Positions 34,149-40,277 of a stretch of 40,277 nt of DNA are shown in pieces. The DNA lies in the NCBI GenBank assembly GCA_000934665.2, contig JYFJ02003553.1:1-40277 (forward strand), written 5' to 3'. The translations under genes were made by a program, and so were the position numbers. The DNA comes from Catajapyx aquilonaris (taxonomy: Eukaryota). The notes below the pieces were generated by a model that was not told where the DNA came from, made no database searches, and saw only the letters and a list, made by a program, of their open reading frames with translations. Numbering within the stretch: position 1 is the first letter of the stretch; every line of letters begins with the position of its first letter.

Positions 34149-37100
34149 TTTGTCGCAAGTAGGCTTAATATAATTTTTTAAATGTCTGCCTGCAGGCAAC
34201 TTATCATAAAACCAAATTGCAACCTGTTTTTCACGCTCATCAATAAATGAAAGGAAATATCTAAAATTGCAGCTACGTGCACCCTCTATTTTTACTCGTT
34301 GCCCAACTAATCTGCATCCTTCCACTGCAACCACGTTGACATCGAATGATGCATTGAGACCCACTCGTGCTCCCAAAAAAGAGTTAGCTATAACTGAATC
34401 GTTGGATCGATTCTCTATAGTTTACCCCCACACAGGAATGAACGTACGTGACCCTGTTACCCAAGGTCGGCTTTTCATCATTTTTTTTTTTTTCAAAATC
34501 CAGCCGTGGCTTAAGAGATTGTCTCGCCGGTGCCTTTATCATATGCGAGGTATTAAAATTTCACCCATTTTGCGTGCTTTCGCGTTAATATATTACGTGG
34601 TAATTAGGCGTATCAGGTTGACGAACTCATTAGCATGCAGCCCTTGAAATGACATATCTCGTTAAGTACATACAATGGTCCAATGTCACTGGCGACAATC
34701 CATCAGTGGTGTCAAAACTGATTATCAGACCATGTCATAACTACATCGAATAACTATTCCGGATTGGATTGGATAAAATGTTATGCCTACTTTCGTCGGG
34801 GTTACAGTTTAAGCAAAATAGACATGTGGTACCTGCTCGTGATTACAAGTACATCAGACGCATCAATTTGCTATTACAAAGAGTTCACCCTCCACAAAAA
34901 TATGGTGTGGGTAGAGAGCTTATTAGATTGCAAATACGGGTTACTAATTTTATATATGGCTTTGTGGTATGCAGAGCACGCAGGTCTTTGGAAAAAGGAC
35001 AACGGCCTTTTAAAGTGTGAAGAACGGCGCATTTGGCTGTATACAATAATTACATGCTCTGTGTCTAATCCGTATGTCCAGCGTGTATAGCCTGAGGTCT
35101 TAATATCGAATTAATCATGCTTTTGAAAAAGCCCAATCACTTGCAGTAAGTAAATTAGAATATGTCGACAATCGACAGGATAACATTTGAAACATAGCTT
35201 ATTTCGCAGTAAATGTACACGAATTTAGTTGCTGTTGAGCTACATTAACGGCCCTTGCATAAAGTGCGTTACTGTTTTCGGTAAAAGAGAATAATATGTC
35301 ATGATAAGCGACAGTCATAATATCTGCATAATATGTAGTTCCATTCACGTCAGAGCATACGCCGCGTCGCTGCTACAAAAATTAAAAAATATACTCTGCG
35401 ACAAGTCCGGTGGGGAGAGGTCACCTTGTTGCATATACAGTGCTAGCGGACAAACCATTAATTGTACTCTTGATGTCACCTCATTTACGGCTGGTTTAAT
35501 ATTTTCCTCCCTTACATACGCACTATTCTCTGTTACTCTTCTGCGCAGCTGGCTAGTATTACGCAATTACAGGCAGGCAAATAAATTGCTCCGAGCAATA
35601 TAAGAGGAGTGAAAAATTTCCCAGGAGTGGCCCAGCAGGTTTATCCATTTGTAAAGCAAATGGAAGTTTAAAAACAGTGCCAAAATGCCCACGGACAACT
35701 ATGTGTGGGGCAGGACACTGAGTCCCATGAAACTCACAATATTGCATAGTGTGCAATCAATCCTTATAATTATTATGTCACGAAATTTTAGAAATGCTTC
35801 AAATACCATTACACACAAATGAAGTGGTACTCTCCAAAGACCGTGCATAACTAAACACTCGTCCAGATTAATGTTATCCACTTTGCCCATTAGGCTCTTG
35901 GTCAGTGAAACACTGCTAAGCAAGTGAGGACAAAAAGGCAATTAGCATTAGCCCCAAGTAATGGTGTACAGTGACACGGAGGATTAACTGCAGAATCATT
36001 ACAAACCCATATATCACAATCTAGACATCTGACCGTGTAACCCCTTCGCTATACATTCAGATTTAAATTCGCCCTAGGCCCTGCCTCGACGTAATTACCA
36101 AAATCAAAAATATACTGGGAAGATTTTGACAGCATAACTTTGGGGCTGTGGGGTATAAAATATCCTTCTCTTGAATCTGAACAGAAAGTTCATCTTTATG
36201 TGTTTAATTAATCTGCCATGCACACAGATCGTTCATTGAGCTTTGTACTGTGGAATATTACAAGACTTCTTTGTACGTAATATCCTGCAGCTACTCATAC
36301 GGTAATTTTCAGACGCCAAATTAGTTAATAAACCATGGCCGTTTTCTCCTCTCTACAACTATTGATTCCTTCTCTCCATATTCTAGTGGGGCATATGAAA
36401 ACTTGTGACTATAGTGTAGTCATAGTACCACACATTGTAATACAAAATAAAAGGTTCGTTATGTGCCGAGGCTTATACATGTACAAAAGTACGCTTTCAA
36501 CATCCTTTTATGTTCAATAACTATAAGAGTAAGAAAGTTATGTGCACTAGAGGCTGGCGCGAGACTGAAGTTAATTTTATTACCACGCGTAATATAATTT
36601 ATGCACACTTAAAAATGCAAAAATAAGTGTGTTACCACCCCTTCCGGCATTTCTTCTGGCAACAAGCCCATAACTTCTAATCCAAGTAAATATACCGGAA
36701 GTGAGCGTTTTCATAAAACCTGGGAAACACGAATTCCCTTTTAAAGCTAACGCTGACTGATGCCTTGACAAACACGTTACGTGAAAACCTCGCGAAAAAG
36801 ATAATTTACCAGGAAAGGTCATGGACCTGAACATGAAGTGTGAAAACATCAAGCCCTGTTCCCATTATCCAAACGACAACGAGAACCGTGACAAAGAAAA
36901 TATACTAAAGCTTCATTCCTCATGCTTCGTCGAACCCATTCTCCGGTGGGTTACAATGAGGTGCATTCACTGATCAGCCTATATGCCTATAAGCACACAG
37001 ATGAAACACACCAAGGAATCTCATAGAGGATTACAACACGCTTCAAAGCTCCTTTTCATCTGATACAACCTGGATTGCCGGTTTGGAATATACCATTTTG

Positions 37101-37205
37101 TTCTGAGTTTTCTGACAGCAACAAGGTCAAATAAGGAGTTTGAAAATGGGTATACCTGTAACAACGACATTGATTTGATCGGTTATCAGGTCCCATCAAG
37201 ACCTG

Positions 37206-37278
37206 GCCCGGCTAGCTCAGTCGGTAGAGCATGAGACTCTTAATCTCAGGGTCGTGGGTTCGTGCCCCACGTTGGGCG
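37206..37278 (+). tRNA. tRNA-Lys-CTT: tRNA-Lys (anticodon CTT) with an A58T variant, followed by encoded CCA (37279-37281). Probable retroposed pseudogene
   Basis: GCCCGGCTAGCTCAGTCGGTAGAGCATGAGACTCTTAATCTCAGGGTCGTGGGTTCGtGCCCCACGTTGGGCG folds into a full cloverleaf. It matches the conserved metazoan Lys-CTT sequence, as recalled, except for T at position 58 (37263). Confidence 0.95.
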
Positions 37279-37317
37279 CCATTATCAGGTCCCCATCCTG
37301 ATACGGTTCAGTCGCAC

Positions 37318-37362
37318 TTCGCCCGAAACACACTCGCCCGACGTATATTCGACCGACGTATA
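37318..37362. repeat. Three degenerate 15-bp tandem units (YTCGCCCGACGTATA-like)
   Basis: ttcgcccgaaacaca / ctcgcccgacgtata / ttcgaccgacgtata. These resemble subterminal repeats of a truncated DNA element. Confidence 0.55.
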
Positions 37363-40277
37363 TAGGCCTATAGTTGTTTCGGAGGTGAGCACACAATTGC
37401 TTTTTTTTGTGGCATGTTAGGCGCGTCAGAGAGCTTAGAATTTTCGTCGTCCGCTTGACGTCACTGCAGCATTCTCATATTAAAACCGGTGTTTCAGAGT
37501 GAAGAGTTAGGCCTACTTTCCCGCCCAGATCTGCTGATCGATGAGAAAAGTTCAAAGAGTAATGGATTTGCCAAGGAAGCCCCCCAAAAACCAGGCTCTT
37601 GCAAGTCGACACCCATCTACTTAATATATTGGCGAAAGGGCACGGTTTCTATATGTACGCAACCTTCGCAAAATTCGAATTGCAAAAGTCCATTATGGAT
37701 ATAGTATACCGCTGACGAGGCCGATTGTTCAGCTAATATACGTTGTCCTGCGCGCAAAATCATTGCAGTTAAGCTTATTAACGCAGAGGTTTATGTAATG
37801 GCTCGTTTCTGAGAATTCATGCCGGGAAAATGGGAACAAAGCTATCGGAGCGAAACTTTAATAAACGCATCTTTGGCATGTGACGCAATATGGTCCCGGG
37901 AGGATGGTCGTCAAAGGAGTGTTTAAGTCGCATCCATCATTTATGTCACTTTGCAGGCTTCAACTTTTAATAGCGTCATACTTTAATATTTAACTACCTG
38001 CCGAATTTTTAAGTGCGTCTCGAAGTTTCTATATCACACTGTACAAATTGAGTTCAACTTTTTTTTTAAATGCGTGGCTAAAAAGTTAGAGACTCACTGT
38101 ATTCATTCATTAATTTATTCAAATTTTATCCGACTACAGTACCGACATTACATTATTTTCTACATCGTCAAGGTCAGATTTATATAAGCTATATTCCTTT
38201 TAACGAAGGCGCAGTAATGCAAATTACAGAACCCTGACATAATAATGACGCAGTCAAATTATTTTCCAATCTAGATTATTTTTCTGGGTAACTATTGTTT
38301 GCACCGATCTGTGCCACGTCACACTTCCCCGGATCGAATTTGCTTGCCAATATCTCGCAAAACGGTTGTGGAGTGCATTTTGGCGAATTAATTAATTCCC
38401 GCTGCTACTGCATGGCTCGCAATTAGGCACTAAACTGAGACTGACAGGGTCAACGAGGATCTGAAATCGATTTGGTCAAAAGGCTCACTGGGCTCTTGTT
38501 CAGCAGAAAACCTCGATTAAAAATTTGCAGAAGCGGCAAAAAAATTATATATGACCTTCTCCATGCCCACTGCAAATCGTTTCCAGCTGGTATTGCCAAG
38601 GAATATAAACCAAGATGTTGAAATTACAATCGTCAAATTTCTGACAAGTGAGCCATTAATTTGCGAATAAATCGGCGCACGTGGAATATATGTTGAAGGT
38701 ATGACGCACTGACGGGAATAAAAGGTGTCCTAGCACCCATTATACTGTTAATGTACCGTATATATGCCAAGTTTTTTTAGGATGTAAAAAGCAGGAAGTA
38801 ATTAGGGAAATTTTCTCAGCTTTTAAGGAAAATATGCGACGCATTTGGGATCAATTTTGCTCCTGATCCTTTGAGACAGGTACCCTTTGTCGCGCCAAAA
38901 AATCGTGGATAAAAATCAGGACTTTAAATGACAAACGGGACTGGTTTGAGTCGGAGCCAAGTCTTCCTGGAAGAAGTACAGGGACCTTGGGATGTGAATT
39001 CTGCTTTAGAAAAAAGGCTATCCAGCAGTACTATGAAAGCTGTTTGGGTTGCACAAGAGCAAGGATAATCCCGATGTATTTGGGTATCACTGTATTGGAG
39101 TGGAGCAAAATAGAAAATATCTCCAGCGCACTTTTTGCTCCATGTATACAAAGGCTGTCAGACCCAAATGATCGAACTTTTCAGAGACCCGTATAGTTCA
39201 AACGGGCAAGAAAATTTTGGCATATGTTTTGAAAAATGTCAACTGTGCCATATGCACAACCCCTTTTGTTTTATTACTCACTATAGTCAGCTTCACAAAA
39301 ATTTTATTTAGATAGTTCGGGGGTATTGTGGACGTAGGTAGCTTTCATTGGCAATACTGTACCTGTGTCTATATAGCATCCCATAATCTGTTTTTAAGTA
39401 AAGAGGTCTAGTTTCAATAAATCCGGATATTCCAGCCCCTGAGGTCAGTTGGGATTAGAACGAAAAGGTTAGCTGTAAGCGCAACTTTCAAGGTTAGCTT
39501 TATTAGCTTTATCAACCTAAATGTATCACCAGCTCATGGCTGGAAAATTAACCAGGGCACATACATGCAGATAACATCGACCGGTGTTGGAAAGAATCTA
39601 CCTAATCCTAGGAGAAGTATTGCGTTGTTCTGGCTGGCTTCCGTGCTCAGCACAAATTCCAGAAAATGATGCAAGGCAGTGTGGGGGAGACTATGGCACT
39701 AATAACACCCCCGTGAAACACCAAACCAGACAGTTAGAAAATGTGGGAATTGCCATCTACTGTCTGGGAACAAAGGTCACACACATTCCGTTCCTCGCAG
39801 TAAATTCCACTGCTGGGTTAATGCTAGTTTCGGATATTACAACCGCCCTCCATTCAATTTATGTTGCAAATGTCCGTTTGACGACCCATCGCAAGTTTAT
39901 TTCGAAAAATAATCAAAACCGATGAGTGCAGTATTTACAGTTCCTCGATAATAACAGCTATATTCATATTGTACATAGCAACATGTAACCAAAATCAATA
40001 TACTGTGGCTGAGTCTATACGCATAAACTGTGCGAACACCAATGTGCGTCAACGCAGTCTACTGCGCGTAATATCCACATTAAATGTGAAAAGTGAGTTT
40101 TAAACCATAATAACATGAGAGAAAGCGCTGAAATTAATCCATGGCTAGCTTCACCTCGACATTGGATGTGCGTAAGTGCAAACCCTGCCACATCACTTAT
40201 TACATCCCCTCTATCCCTACATATTACCTGCTTGCTGCCTCCGCAGGACCCCCTTTCCCCCCACCCTCCCTTCCCCC

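Noticed and set aside
34764..35090. Overlapping 108-aa and 83-aa ORFs
   Set aside because: Non-ATG starts, no domain, and no supporting splice structure.
39075..39145. Faint minus-strand resemblance to the U2 snRNA 3' half, with a 10-bp inverted repeat
   Set aside because: Only scattered short words match, with no Sm site context or 5' domain.

Overview
This is eukaryotic genomic DNA, most likely from an invertebrate animal. It has GT-AG introns and dispersed MITEs, and no operons or CRISPR. The left ~18 kb holds the 3' part of a 5'-truncated, + strand spliced gene with 13 phase-consistent exons between 656 and 15035 (~1,377 aa visible). Its architecture is C2 (end) - PDZ - PH-like - long acidic disordered tail. 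The C2/PDZ part resembles the N-terminus of long RGS3 isoforms, but I see no RGS box or DH domain. Possible extra 3' exons lie at 17258-17315 and from 17537, and a UTR-like stretch runs to ~18.44 kb. There it meets an oppositely oriented polyA signal, possibly from a convergent minus-strand gene with a candidate last exon at 21939-21982. The right half has no recognisable protein gene. It contains a TTAA-flanked Kolobok/T2-like MITE (30853-31265), a foldback element built from ~150-bp tandem units (33383-34148), and a tRNA-Lys(CTT) copy with encoded CCA, an A58T change and flanking direct repeats, probably a retroposed mature tRNA. I found no clearly novel multi-gene system. Most ORFs in the supplied track appear spurious.
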